Positions 28,498 through 38,165 of a stretch of DNA of 61,500 nucleotides are shown in pieces. Source of the DNA: Candidatus Heimdallarchaeota archaeon (GTDB taxonomy: Archaea > Asgardarchaeota > Heimdallarchaeia > Heimdallarchaeales > Heimdallarchaeaceae); NCBI GenBank assembly GCA_023270155.1, contig JAGLTB010000003.1, forward strand, positions 1 to 61,500, given 5' to 3'. A program made the position numbers and the translations under genes. Each line of letters starts with the position of its first letter. Position 1 is the stretch's first letter. The notes under the pieces are model-generated. The model worked only from the letters and a program-made list of their open reading frames with translations, made no database searches and was not told the origin of the DNA.

Positions 28498-28666
28498 ATA
28501 GTTTCAGCAGACAGCGAAAAATATAAACAATTCCTTACTAGAGCACAGAATCATTATTTTTTACTGTCGGGAACTGTGCAAAAATTTTATAATGGTCCCA
28601 GCAGAAGTTACTTAGAGTGGTAGAAGCTATTCTATTGTAAACAAGATAAGTTAGGAAGAAACGACA

Positions 28667-29329
28667 ATGTCCCAGAGAGAAAATCAAGGTGATGATGCTG
28701 CACTTGGTGGAGAGGTTTACCAAGATTTCACAAAGCATAGGCCATTGTCTGAAAGAGATGCATTGATTATTGAAATGTATGATGAGGGATTGTCTACCTA
28801 CGAGATAGCTGAAATACTTGAAATTAACAGACATACAGCTTCGAAAGTTCTCAAGGAAAACGAAATTCAGACAAGAACAATAGCAGATTATCATAAACTA
28901 AAACATCATGATATTGTCCACTTATTTAAGCAAGGTAAAACAAAACACGAAATTGCTAAAGAATTAAGTATAACATACTATACAGTTAGGAAAGTCTTAG
29001 AGGACAAAGGGTTAGTACTGAATAAGAAAGATAGGGAAACACTTGCCATTGCTAGATATATCCAAATGAAAAACAGGGGATATGAAAATGATGCAATTGC
29101 TATTTTCTTGGACATGACAGAGAAACAACTTAACAGACTAATTCGTAATTCAGGAGTTAATGTTTCAACAGTGAGACATAAATCTAGAAATATAGACGTT
29201 CTACCTGATATAGTTCTGCAATGTTTGAAAGGAATGACTTTATCAAAAATATCAATGAAGTACAAAGTTGATCTTGTTTTAGTAAAAGAAATTCTCTATG
29301 AATTTGGCTTATGCACTCGAAAAAAATAA
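28667..29329 (+). CDS. Protein built from four tandem helix-turn-helix modules
   Basis: Four repeats of about 45 aa: GLSTYEIAEILEINRHTASKVL, GKTKHEIAKELSITYYTVRKVL, GYENDAIAIFLDMTEKQLNRLI, GMTLSKISMKYKVDLVLVKEIL. Confidence 0.6.
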   Translation: MSQRENQGDDAALGGEVYQDFTKHRPLSERDALIIEMYDEGLSTYEIAEILEINRHTASKVLKENEIQTRTIADYHKLKHHDIVHLFKQGKTKHEIAKELSITYYTVRKVLEDKGLVLNKKDRETLAIARYIQMKNRGYENDAIAIFLDMTEKQLNRLIRNSGVNVSTVRHKSRNIDVLPDIVLQCLKGMTLSKISMKYKVDLVLVKEILYEFGLCTRKK

Positions 29330-29510
29330 TGCATTAAATTACTATTTTTGATTATATTACTAATATCCTTAAATTATTCTGAAAAAGTCCCCAAAACTTC
29401 GAAAGAGTTGTCATTGAAGTGGATTTAGAGTTACTGTTTCTAGTAAAGCTTAATAAGCAATGAATTTTTTCTTCTTCAAAAGAGAAAAAAGGCTTTAAGA
29501 TTGTGATCAA

Positions 29511-30632
29511 ATGGGAAAAAAAAGAGATTGGTTAATTGTTCATGAAGAGCCACTTGCAGGTTACTCAATGCAGAACATATTCAGGGTTTTATGGGATAAT
29601 AAGTTTAGAATCCATCCTAAGTATTGGTTAAGATTTGGTTATGGTATAGGTTTAAGTTTTATTACTATTCCATTAAAGGTTTGGCAAAAAATCCGACATC
29701 ATAGAAAAATAAAGAAGACAGAAATAAAAGAAGATCCTATTTTCATTATCGGTCATTATAGAACAGGAACTACCTATTTGATGACTTTAATGGCTTTTGA
29801 TAAATCTAAAGGATATGTTTCTAATATCGAAGGATATGCAACTTTGTTCTATTTGGGTGTTCCTAAATTTGCTAGATGGATAATGGCAGCATCATTACCT
29901 GATGTAAGACCAATGGATAATGTTGTTATGGGAGTTGAAGAACCAACTGAAGAAGAGTACTGTGTAGGTACTTTTACTAGATATGGATATTACACTGGAT
30001 TCATCTTCCCACGTAATTTTGATTTATATTCAAGATTTCTGACATTTGAAGGAATGCCAAAGGATAAAGCTAAATGGAAAAAAGCTTACTATTATACTGT
30101 TCAAATGCTGACTTATGGTCACAAAGGTAAACAGCTGTTCTTGAAGAACCCAACACATAGTTATAGGCTTCCAGAAATATTGGAGATGTTTCCAAACGCT
30201 AAATTCATTCACACTTACAGAAATCCTTACGAAGTATATCTTAGTACAGTAAAGTTTTTTGACGAAGTTTTTGCTATCTATACACTTCAGACATGGGACA
30301 AAGAAAAGATGAAACAGGATATTTTAGATAATTACAAACTATTATACGAATATCAAAATAAAGATCTGCATTTAATTCCAAAGGACAGAATTGTTCATAT
30401 CAAGTATGAAGAATTCATCCAGACACCAGCTGAAACAATGGAAAGAGTTTACAAAGACTTAAACATTAGTGGATGGGAAGAATACAAAGAAGATATGATA
30501 AAATACGCTGAATCACAGAAACGTGAATACATTCCAAATAAACATAAAATTGATTCTGATACTATTCGTAGAGTTAATGAAAGCTGGAAAGATTATATGG
30601 AACAATATGGATATGAAAAATTGGAACCATAG
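29511..30632 (+). CDS. Sulfotransferase family protein
   Basis: 5'-PSB-like loop IIGHYRTGTTYL and a 3'-PB-like region LKNPTHSYRL...HTYRNPYEVYLS. Confidence 0.7.
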   Translation: MGKKRDWLIVHEEPLAGYSMQNIFRVLWDNKFRIHPKYWLRFGYGIGLSFITIPLKVWQKIRHHRKIKKTEIKEDPIFIIGHYRTGTTYLMTLMAFDKSKGYVSNIEGYATLFYLGVPKFARWIMAASLPDVRPMDNVVMGVEEPTEEEYCVGTFTRYGYYTGFIFPRNFDLYSRFLTFEGMPKDKAKWKKAYYYTVQMLTYGHKGKQLFLKNPTHSYRLPEILEMFPNAKFIHTYRNPYEVYLSTVKFFDEVFAIYTLQTWDKEKMKQDILDNYKLLYEYQNKDLHLIPKDRIVHIKYEEFIQTPAETMERVYKDLNISGWEEYKEDMIKYAESQKREYIPNKHKIDSDTIRRVNESWKDYMEQYGYEKLEP

Positions 30633-30805
30633 AGTGTAGGGATTCATTTTTTTTTCTTATTTTTTGTACCTCTTACTATAGCATTTATAAAAATATGTAA
30701 ACATAATTCTGAATTATAACATAATTGCGAGACTTAAATTTTAAATAAACATATTCTTCGAATTCAAATCAGATTATCTAATCTCATTTAGTACGGTGCA
30801 ATTTA

Positions 30806-31684
30806 ATGTGTGATCATTGCTTAAAACATGGTACAGCGGGCAAATGGTATTTGAACGCGAAACTCTATTCTGAAGAATTGGCAAAAGAACTTGATCTCAA
30901 GGAATTCATGCTGGAGCAATACAAAACTTTTGAAGCAATGCAAGTTAGAAATTTCGGAGGTTTTAGCGCAGTAGGTATGGGGTATAAAATGCAGTTACCA
31001 ATTATTAGTAGAATAGTCAAGTATACTGCTGAAAAGATGCTTCATACAGAAAAACCTTCAAGAAACCCTTTTAAAGCAGAAGGTCACATTGGGCAAGTTG
31101 TACCTCTAGATGATGCGATTGCGATTTTAGAAACATGTGTACCTGAAGACAGTTTAATCATGAAATACTGTATGTGCAGATATATGCATAAAGGAGAGAA
31201 AGAAGCTTGCTGCATAAATTTCGGGATTATGTCAGAAATCATTGATAAGCTTCCGCGTTTCATTCCTGAACCAGAGGATAGTAAGTATAGACTTACAAAA
31301 GAAGAAGCTATTGAAAAATTCACTGAGTTCAACAAAAAAGGATACATAGGAACTATATGGTATGGAGCTTATCCTTACATAAACAACCTTTGCGCCTGTC
31401 AAACACCTATGTGCGCTGGTTTTAGACCACGTACAGAATTTGGTATAAAATCAATTTTCAAAGCTGAATATGTAGTAGAGAATAATCCTAATAATTGTCA
31501 AGGATGTAAGAAATGCATCACAATGTGCCAGTTTGGTGCAATAGATTTTGATGAAAAAGCTAAGCGAGCATTGATTGATCAATCTAAATGCTATGGATGT
31601 GGCAATTGTTTACTCGCCTGTAGATTTGAAGCTCTGAATTTAGTTGCTCGAAAAGAAATTCCAGCTTTAGCTGGAAATTACTAG
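30806..31684 (+). CDS. Cys-rich protein with C-terminal 2x[4Fe-4S] ferredoxin domain
   Basis: CQGCKKCITMC and CYGCGNCLLAC cluster motifs. Additional N-terminal Cys motifs (CDHC, CMCRY, CC). Confidence 0.7.
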   Translation: MCDHCLKHGTAGKWYLNAKLYSEELAKELDLKEFMLEQYKTFEAMQVRNFGGFSAVGMGYKMQLPIISRIVKYTAEKMLHTEKPSRNPFKAEGHIGQVVPLDDAIAILETCVPEDSLIMKYCMCRYMHKGEKEACCINFGIMSEIIDKLPRFIPEPEDSKYRLTKEEAIEKFTEFNKKGYIGTIWYGAYPYINNLCACQTPMCAGFRPRTEFGIKSIFKAEYVVENNPNNCQGCKKCITMCQFGAIDFDEKAKRALIDQSKCYGCGNCLLACRFEALNLVARKEIPALAGNY

Positions 31685-31697
31685 TAGTGGTGCTATT

Positions 31698-31955
31698 ATG
31701 GGGAAAATAAAGATCAAAATTGACTATTCAATCTGTGGTGATGGAAACAAAATCGATCCTCGAGATTGTACCATTTGCTTGAAAGTTTGTGATCCTGCTA
31801 TCTTTCTCTTACATCAATCAATAAAATATCAAAAGGAAGATGATCCATACGATCCAAAAATATGGAGAGTAACACCAGTTTATCCTTCTCTGTGTATCCT
31901 GTGCATGAAGTGTGTGGAACAATGCCCAGAAAATGCAATAAAAATACGTAATTAA
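31698..31955 (+). CDS. Small ferredoxin-like protein
   Basis: CILCMKCVEQCP is a canonical cluster motif. A second, spaced motif is C...CTICLKVCDP. Confidence 0.65.
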   Translation: MGKIKIKIDYSICGDGNKIDPRDCTICLKVCDPAIFLLHQSIKYQKEDDPYDPKIWRVTPVYPSLCILCMKCVEQCPENAIKIRN

Positions 31956-31968
31956 GGTGATTTTAATG

Positions 31969-33003
31969 TCCGAAAAAAAAGAAAAAACTAACAACTATCC
32001 TTTGAAAAATCTTGGAAAGTGTCTTGTGATTGGAGGAGCGGGAATGCTAGGATTTGAAATTGTTTTGCAATTAAAGAAAGAAGGATATTTCGTACGCATA
32101 TTAGATCTTGAACCAGTAGACCTTGAAGGTGTGGAATCGCTAGTTGGTGATATTAGGAATCTAGACGTTGTTGAAGAAGCTTGTGAGGGGATGGATACAG
32201 TTTTTCAAACAGCGGCAGCTATTTGGGATCCAGGAACACCCAAACGCGTTTATGATGAGGTAAACGTCATAGGTAACCAGAATGTTATCGATACTTGCAT
32301 TAAATTCGGAATTCCAAGATTTGTTTATACATCAACTCTAGATGTAGTGGTAGATGGAAAAGAACCAATCATATATGCAGATGAATCACTTCCTTATCCT
32401 AAGAAACTACCTAAAGATAACTATTCAAGGACAAAGATTCTAGCTGAAAAAGCAACTATAGAAGCAAACAATGAAGATGGATTGCTAACTGTTTCTTTGC
32501 GTCCAGTTGGAATGTATGGTCCAAGAGATAAATATCATATAGCAAATATCATTCAAGTAGCCCAAAGTAAGAACAATATTAAGTTAGGAGATGGAACTGC
32601 AGAATTTTCTCATGTTTATTCAGAAAATGCTGCATACGCTCACATATTAGCAGCTAAACATCTTTATTCTGGATCAAAAGTTCCTGGAGAATGCTACTTT
32701 ATCGCTGATCACCAACCAGCAGATAATCTATTTGTTTTCATGAAACCCTTTCTTGAAGCGTTGAATCTACCTGTGCCAGAGAAGTCCATCCCGTACAAAA
32801 TAGCCTATTTTTTGGCGTGGTTTGCTGAGAAATTCGCACCTAAGTCAAATTTCAACAGATTTGCTGTTATACAAACATGTGTAGATCACACATTTGTTAG
32901 TGATAAAGCTGAAAGAGATTTTAGTTACAAACCAATTGTATCCAAAGAAGAAGCTTTTGAAAAAACGGTCGATTGGTTCAAAAACGAGTCAGGAATAGTC
33001 TAA
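31969..33003 (+). CDS. NAD(P)-dependent extended SDR, 3-beta-hydroxysteroid dehydrogenase/NSDHL-like epimerase/dehydratase family
   Basis: GGAGMLG Rossmann motif, YTSTLDVV block, catalytic YSRTK (YxxxK). The track GTG at 31957 lies inside the AAGGTGA SD, so the ATG at 31969 is likely. Confidence 0.75.
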   Translation, partial: SEKKEKTNNYPLKNLGKCLVIGGAGMLGFEIVLQLKKEGYFVRILDLEPVDLEGVESLVGDIRNLDVVEEACEGMDTVFQTAAAIWDPGTPKRVYDEVNVIGNQNVIDTCIKFGIPRFVYTSTLDVVVDGKEPIIYADESLPYPKKLPKDNYSRTKILAEKATIEANNEDGLLTVSLRPVGMYGPRDKYHIANIIQVAQSKNNIKLGDGTAEFSHVYSENAAYAHILAAKHLYSGSKVPGECYFIADHQPADNLFVFMKPFLEALNLPVPEKSIPYKIAYFLAWFAEKFAPKSNFNRFAVIQTCVDHTFVSDKAERDFSYKPIVSKEEAFEKTVDWFKNESGIV

Positions 33004-33059
33004 TTTTTCCAGATATTCTTATATATGAATACGAAATAGCAGAACTACGGTGATCTACT

Positions 33060-33443
33060 ATGGGTAAAATAGGAAAATCCATTTCTCGTTTATTTACCTT
33101 TGCTGTCTTCGGTGCTTGGTTTACCTTTGCTATTTGGGGACTAAAAACTTGGGGAACAGCAGATCCATTTGTGAGTGAAAAAACAACTGTAATATTGCTT
33201 AGCCTTTTAACCTTTATTGGTATGTTCATACTCTTCGTTATTGCCTCTGCTCTTGGAGCAATTGGTAAGAAGAAGAAGAAGAAAGAAGAGGAGAAGAAGT
33301 TTTCATTTACAACAAAAGATGGAGACAAAATGGAGTTCGGAGGAGGAGAGGATTTCGATTTAGACAAGATACCAGCTCCATTCAAAGAAATAGGCAAGAA
33401 ATTCATGGAAATGGCTAAAAAAGAAATGAATAAAGAAAAATAG
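33060..33443 (+). CDS. Small membrane protein with two TM helices and a Lys/Glu-rich tail
   Basis: Hydrophobic helices, then GKKKKKKEEEKK encoded by a 33-nt polypurine tract. Confidence 0.45.
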   Translation: MGKIGKSISRLFTFAVFGAWFTFAIWGLKTWGTADPFVSEKTTVILLSLLTFIGMFILFVIASALGAIGKKKKKKEEEKKFSFTTKDGDKMEFGGGEDFDLDKIPAPFKEIGKKFMEMAKKEMNKEK

Positions 33444-33520
33444 TCTATTTCTTCACTTTTTCTTTTTTAACAAAACTTAAAAACAAAAAAAATAGGTTTT
33501 AAATCTCAAAAAACTCCAGA

Positions 33521-35122
33521 TTGACCAGAATGAACTTAAAAACTGATTTTGAAGATTTGCTAGATGGGTTGGATATTGAAAATAGAGATTATCAAATATC
33601 TGCTGTTAAAGAGATAGTAGAAAGTTACAATGAGAAATCAGTTTTACTGAATTATCCTTATGGGACAGGAAAGACTATAATCGCACTACTTGCTTTTCTA
33701 GTAATAAAACAAGAAAATCCTAAAGCTCAATTTATTTTTACATCTGCTAGAGAAGCAGCAGGTTTACGATGTCGTCAAGCTCTAGAAATGGCAAAGAAAT
33801 TTGGGTTTATTGAAAAACTTGGATACCTATATGATCCAACAGGTAAGGGAATAAGCTTACGTCAAAGAAGTAAGATGTATGAAGCATCTTCAGTTATTTT
33901 TTCCCCAATTACAACTTTGATGAATGACCACTTTGAGATTCGAAGTAAATTAAAAATAGATATTTTTCAAAACATAAGTATATGCGTCGTAGATGAAGCT
34001 ACAGACTTACTAGCAAGGGAAATGACAGGTTTTAGACTAAGCAAATATTTCGAGGTTCTATTCCGTACAAGAACTAAGGGAAACAACTTCTCAATTCTAG
34101 GTCTTACTGGAACTCGTGATAGTCAGAGAGCAAAAGCGATAGTGAAACTCTTGGGTCAAGAAACTCATCTAATGCAAAGACTAGATCTATCACCATATGA
34201 AACTATAACCAAGATTCAGAAAATCAGACGTGAAGATTATATTAAGATAGATAAACTAATCTCTACTCATATTACAAAACCTATTGAGACCATCCAAAAA
34301 CATCTTGGTTCAAAACTTTCAAGATTAGAAATTATCAAATTGTCTTATGGTGGAATACTAGATCGCTTACAATCTGAACCCAAAGATTATCCCTTCAAAG
34401 TTAGTAAATATTCCATAAAGGATAATGAAGCGAGAGAAGAATTGGTCACTGCATTTCTATTACTTTTCAAAATGACACATTCGAGATTGCTATTATTAGA
34501 ATCTACTCCTGGTGAATTCCAAAAATATATAGAAAGTGATGAAAACAAAGAGATCTTCAAATCAATCATCGAGGCTAGTAAAGAAATCATCTCCTATAGA
34601 GTTGATCTACCAAGGTATGATCAACCTGAAGAAACAACAACCAGAGCTTTAGTACAACCTAAAGTTAGTGCGGCTATAGATTTAATACATGACCATGTTA
34701 TTAGAGGAGCTCAGGTCCTTCTATTTACTAGATACTTAGCTCTAGGAAGTCAAATTAATGCCTTACTAAAGGCTTTGAAATTCCCAGATGTAAGTTACAT
34801 CTCAGGTAAAACCTTAGAAGACACACGAAGAAGAACCTTGACAGAATTTGAGAACGGGAACGTTAATGTATTGGTATTTACTCCACTTGGAGGAAGGGGA
34901 TTAAACTTAGAAGCTGCTGATGTTGTAATTCATTTAGATATTACCACAAACGTTGATGATATGATTCAACGACGAGAAAGAGCTAGAGGTTGTCTTGAAT
35001 ATGTTCTAGTTTTAGAAGAAACAAGCGAAGAGGGAAAGGTAAAAAATTATCAGAATTTAATAGATCCTAATAGTAAAGAAAAAGAAGAAGAAGCTGAGGG
35101 AATAAGTGAGTTGAAAACGTAA
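33521..35122 (+). CDS. SF2 helicase, Hef/FANCM/RIG-I-like (helicase core only)
   Basis: Motif I GTGKT, motif II DEAT, motif III-like LTGT, motif VI QRRERARG. A large insertion separates the two RecA lobes. No nuclease domain. Confidence 0.75.
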   Translation: MTRMNLKTDFEDLLDGLDIENRDYQISAVKEIVESYNEKSVLLNYPYGTGKTIIALLAFLVIKQENPKAQFIFTSAREAAGLRCRQALEMAKKFGFIEKLGYLYDPTGKGISLRQRSKMYEASSVIFSPITTLMNDHFEIRSKLKIDIFQNISICVVDEATDLLAREMTGFRLSKYFEVLFRTRTKGNNFSILGLTGTRDSQRAKAIVKLLGQETHLMQRLDLSPYETITKIQKIRREDYIKIDKLISTHITKPIETIQKHLGSKLSRLEIIKLSYGGILDRLQSEPKDYPFKVSKYSIKDNEAREELVTAFLLLFKMTHSRLLLLESTPGEFQKYIESDENKEIFKSIIEASKEIISYRVDLPRYDQPEETTTRALVQPKVSAAIDLIHDHVIRGAQVLLFTRYLALGSQINALLKALKFPDVSYISGKTLEDTRRRTLTEFENGNVNVLVFTPLGGRGLNLEAADVVIHLDITTNVDDMIQRRERARGCLEYVLVLEETSEEGKVKNYQNLIDPNSKEKEEEAEGISELKT

Positions 35123-35360
35123 ATAACGCAACCATAAAGATTCTTTAAGTATTATTTTCGTAAGTTTCAACTCTTCGTTTTTAACCTTGGTTACTCTAAA
35201 CAATAGAATAAGAAGAAACTCCCTCCCGTTTTGGAAAGTCTGTGGTCTATTGGAAAGTGAGTTCCAAGAATGAGTACGTCCATAGCCTTGAAACTTGCTT
35301 TACCAAGCTTGACTTGCTCGTCTCGTTAGGTGATCTAAACGAACAAAACAACACTATCGC

Positions 35361-36281
35361 TCATATGTCCTTGTGGAATAATGATGCGCTAGGTTGAGCG
35401 TAATTTACGTTAAGTTGCTGTACATGTTTTTTTAGAGGAATTCTATTTCCAAACAACCATATGAGATAATAATCGATACCACTTTTAGCTGCTATTTTTG
35501 CTGCTTTAGCAACTAGCATCTTCAAGTATTTTGCATCAGTTACATATGGCAAAGCCAAATTTGCTGCGTTTTTCTTAATGGGATTTCTGAATATTAGAAA
35601 TGTCCCAACTATTTCATCTTCTTCCTCTATAATCAAATGAGCAACTATATTATCTGCTTCACTGACAAGTTCATTCTTTATTTGTTCTACTCTTTCATCA
35701 TCTAAATTGTCAAGTGATCTAATAACCTCTAGCCACTTTTCGACATCTTTCTCCATATCGAATTTTCTCACTTTGGAGATATCAACGGTTCCATCAATAT
35801 TAGAAACCTTAAGGGTATAAACGATGTTTTCTACATCCTTAACATAATTGAAATCATATTTATTGGCTAGCTCAACTTGACTACCGCATAAAGCAGATGC
35901 GTAAGTTTCAACTGTCTTGACTCCTTTTTCTTTAAGAGTCTTTATTGCTGTATCATAAAGCAAACCTATAGCTTCTTCATGACCAGGCAACACTGAAGGA
36001 AAAACCAAACTAGCTTTCTTCTCTTCACCTTCTTCTTCTTTCATTACTTTGGATGTAAGAAAGCCGACCATCTTATCACCTTTGAAACAATAATGTCTTG
36101 TTTCAGGATCAAATTCAGGTTGTGAATATACTTCCTTCAATCGATCAGCAGGAGTTTGATGTGCATTAATCCAGTCTTGAGCGGCTTTAGCTCCTACTTT
36201 CTCTTGTTTTTCTTCGAATCCTTCTTTGTATGATTTAATGATATACGCAGACATATCCAAGCTAGAGCTTTTCTCGAACAT
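35361..36281 (-). CDS. Hypothetical protein, possibly a tandem GNAT-fold acyltransferase
   Basis: Two halves, each ending in a beta-alpha pattern reminiscent of GNAT (GFLTSKV..., IVGTFLIFRN...). No clear Q/RxxGxG/A motif. Confidence 0.3.
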   Translation of the reverse strand: MFEKSSSLDMSAYIIKSYKEGFEEKQEKVGAKAAQDWINAHQTPADRLKEVYSQPEFDPETRHYCFKGDKMVGFLTSKVMKEEEGEEKKASLVFPSVLPGHEEAIGLLYDTAIKTLKEKGVKTVETYASALCGSQVELANKYDFNYVKDVENIVYTLKVSNIDGTVDISKVRKFDMEKDVEKWLEVIRSLDNLDDERVEQIKNELVSEADNIVAHLIIEEEDEIVGTFLIFRNPIKKNAANLALPYVTDAKYLKMLVAKAAKIAAKSGIDYYLIWLFGNRIPLKKHVQQLNVNYAQPSASLFHKDI

Positions 36282-36443
36282 TTATAAGTTTTCTTATGTG
36301 ATGAGAATGTTTTCCTTTTAACATATAGTGGTATTTTATAATGTAAGATGGTATAACCCAAGAGATGGAATTAAAATGGAAGGATATTAAGAAAATTTAA
36401 TGTAAAAAAACTCAAAGTAGAGGAAAAATGAGTATTATTCAGC

Positions 36444-38075
36444 TTATTCCCAAGGAAAAATGTTATCTCTATTGAATAATCCTTGTGGATCTAGTTTCAC
36501 CTTTACTGAACGCATCTGTGCTATACCTTCTTCCCCATACATAATCTGTAAATATTCATGTTTCATTTTTCCTATACCATGTTCAGCAGATACAGATCCT
36601 TCAAATTCTATAGCTTTCAAAGCAAATTTCTTGTAAATCTTCTTTCCTTGTTCTAGTTCATCCATATTCCTTGGGAGAATGTTTACATGAACATGATTAT
36701 CTGCAATATGTCCCCAGATTACATATTCCAATCCAGCTTCTTCTAATGTTTCATGATAAATTTTCATCATTTCTTTTAGATGCTTATCAGATACTGACAT
36801 GTCAGTACCAAGTTTGTGTAATTTGGGATACTCATGCTTTCTTCTACCAATAATACTATTGACTATCTCAGGAACTGCATGTCTCATAAGTCTGAAATTT
36901 TCTTTCTCAACTTCGTCAAATCCAGACCAACAGTAATCGATTGATGAATTACACTCTACAGCCATATCTTCTAATTTCAGAATAATATCCTCAAGCATAT
37001 CTTCTGAATAGGGTACTTCAAAGAAGATTGCTATATTCATATCTTCTGGAATAGTGGCTAGATTAGCTAATGCAGGATTTGTATCTTGTTTACTCTTCAA
37101 TAATTCGAATGAGTGCTCATCAAAGAATTCCATGTATTCTACCCCAAGCTCTTCATCATCACGTAATAGTGTAACAAAATTGATTGCATCTTTCTCTGAA
37201 GGGAAGAACATTACATTAGGAAGCCCTAATGGTCGCTTAGTTATCCATAAATCTACCTCTGAGATTATACCAAAGATTCCTTCTGAACCAATAAAGAGGT
37301 CTATTAAATCCATGTCTTTTTCTGCCCATAATCCAGCAGCATTTTTTGCTTTTGGCATTTGATATGTAGGGATTTTAATTTCTACTTCCTGATTTTCTTT
37401 TTTGATGATGAAAATACCATCATTCTCTTTCACTTGACCTCTAGTTATATCCAAAACTTCTCCAGTGTCTAATATTACTCTAAGTCTTCTCACCCAAGGT
37501 CTCATTGCACCATATTTGAATGATCGTGCTCCAGAAGCATTTGCAGCTATAGATCCTCCTACCATGGCTGTCATTTCAGTAGGATCTACAGGAAACATGT
37601 AGGTATCTTGCTCCTGCTTAAATTTGGTCACATAATCTACTGTTTGAGATAGATTGTTTTCGTTTGTTAATTCCTTGTTCTTAATTATCTCATCTAGAGA
37701 ATCCAGCGCAATGCCTGGGTCCATTCTTAAGAAATATTTCTTCTTATCTTCATCATAACCAAGACCGATTATATTGTTCATATGATCAAAAGAAACTACA
37801 GCTCCTCCAAATGGAACTGCACTACCTACTATTCCAGTCCTACCTCCTGAGATAGTTATTGGGGTACCATCTTCTCTCATTTTGTTAACAATAGTAACAA
37901 TATCCGCTTCGTTTTGTGGGAAAAATAACCACTGAGCTGATCCACCGGCTAATTTGGATTCATCAATGATGTAATCAGAGTGTTTGGAGGAAACATCGTT
38001 TTCTCCTTTTATACTCGTTATACTTTCGAATTTTGAACCTTCAGTTTGTTGCGCTTTTATTATATTTGATACCAT
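36444..38075 (-). CDS. FAD-linked oxidase (GlcD / D-lactate dehydrogenase / alkyl-DHAP synthase family)
   Basis: FAD_binding_4 region GGRTGIVGSAVP and C-terminal FAD-oxidase_C block GSVSAEHGIGKMK. Confidence 0.8.
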   Translation of the reverse strand: MVSNIIKAQQTEGSKFESITSIKGENDVSSKHSDYIIDESKLAGGSAQWLFFPQNEADIVTIVNKMREDGTPITISGGRTGIVGSAVPFGGAVVSFDHMNNIIGLGYDEDKKKYFLRMDPGIALDSLDEIIKNKELTNENNLSQTVDYVTKFKQEQDTYMFPVDPTEMTAMVGGSIAANASGARSFKYGAMRPWVRRLRVILDTGEVLDITRGQVKENDGIFIIKKENQEVEIKIPTYQMPKAKNAAGLWAEKDMDLIDLFIGSEGIFGIISEVDLWITKRPLGLPNVMFFPSEKDAINFVTLLRDDEELGVEYMEFFDEHSFELLKSKQDTNPALANLATIPEDMNIAIFFEVPYSEDMLEDIILKLEDMAVECNSSIDYCWSGFDEVEKENFRLMRHAVPEIVNSIIGRRKHEYPKLHKLGTDMSVSDKHLKEMMKIYHETLEEAGLEYVIWGHIADNHVHVNILPRNMDELEQGKKIYKKFALKAIEFEGSVSAEHGIGKMKHEYLQIMYGEEGIAQMRSVKVKLDPQGLFNRDNIFPWE

Positions 38076-38165
38076 CTAAACCACTATTCTAAAAACAATC
38101 AACTACTTGAACAAGTGTAGAAAAAGCATAAAAAGCTTCAGATTTATCAATATAACTGATAGAAA

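Noticed and set aside
33267-33299. 33-nt uninterrupted polypurine tract (AAGAAGAAG...), which could form triplex or H-DNA or be a slippage site.
   Set aside because: It simply encodes the KKKKKKEEEKK tail of the small membrane protein, and a similar tract at about 9930-9960 encodes another polybasic stretch. There is no evidence of frameshifting.
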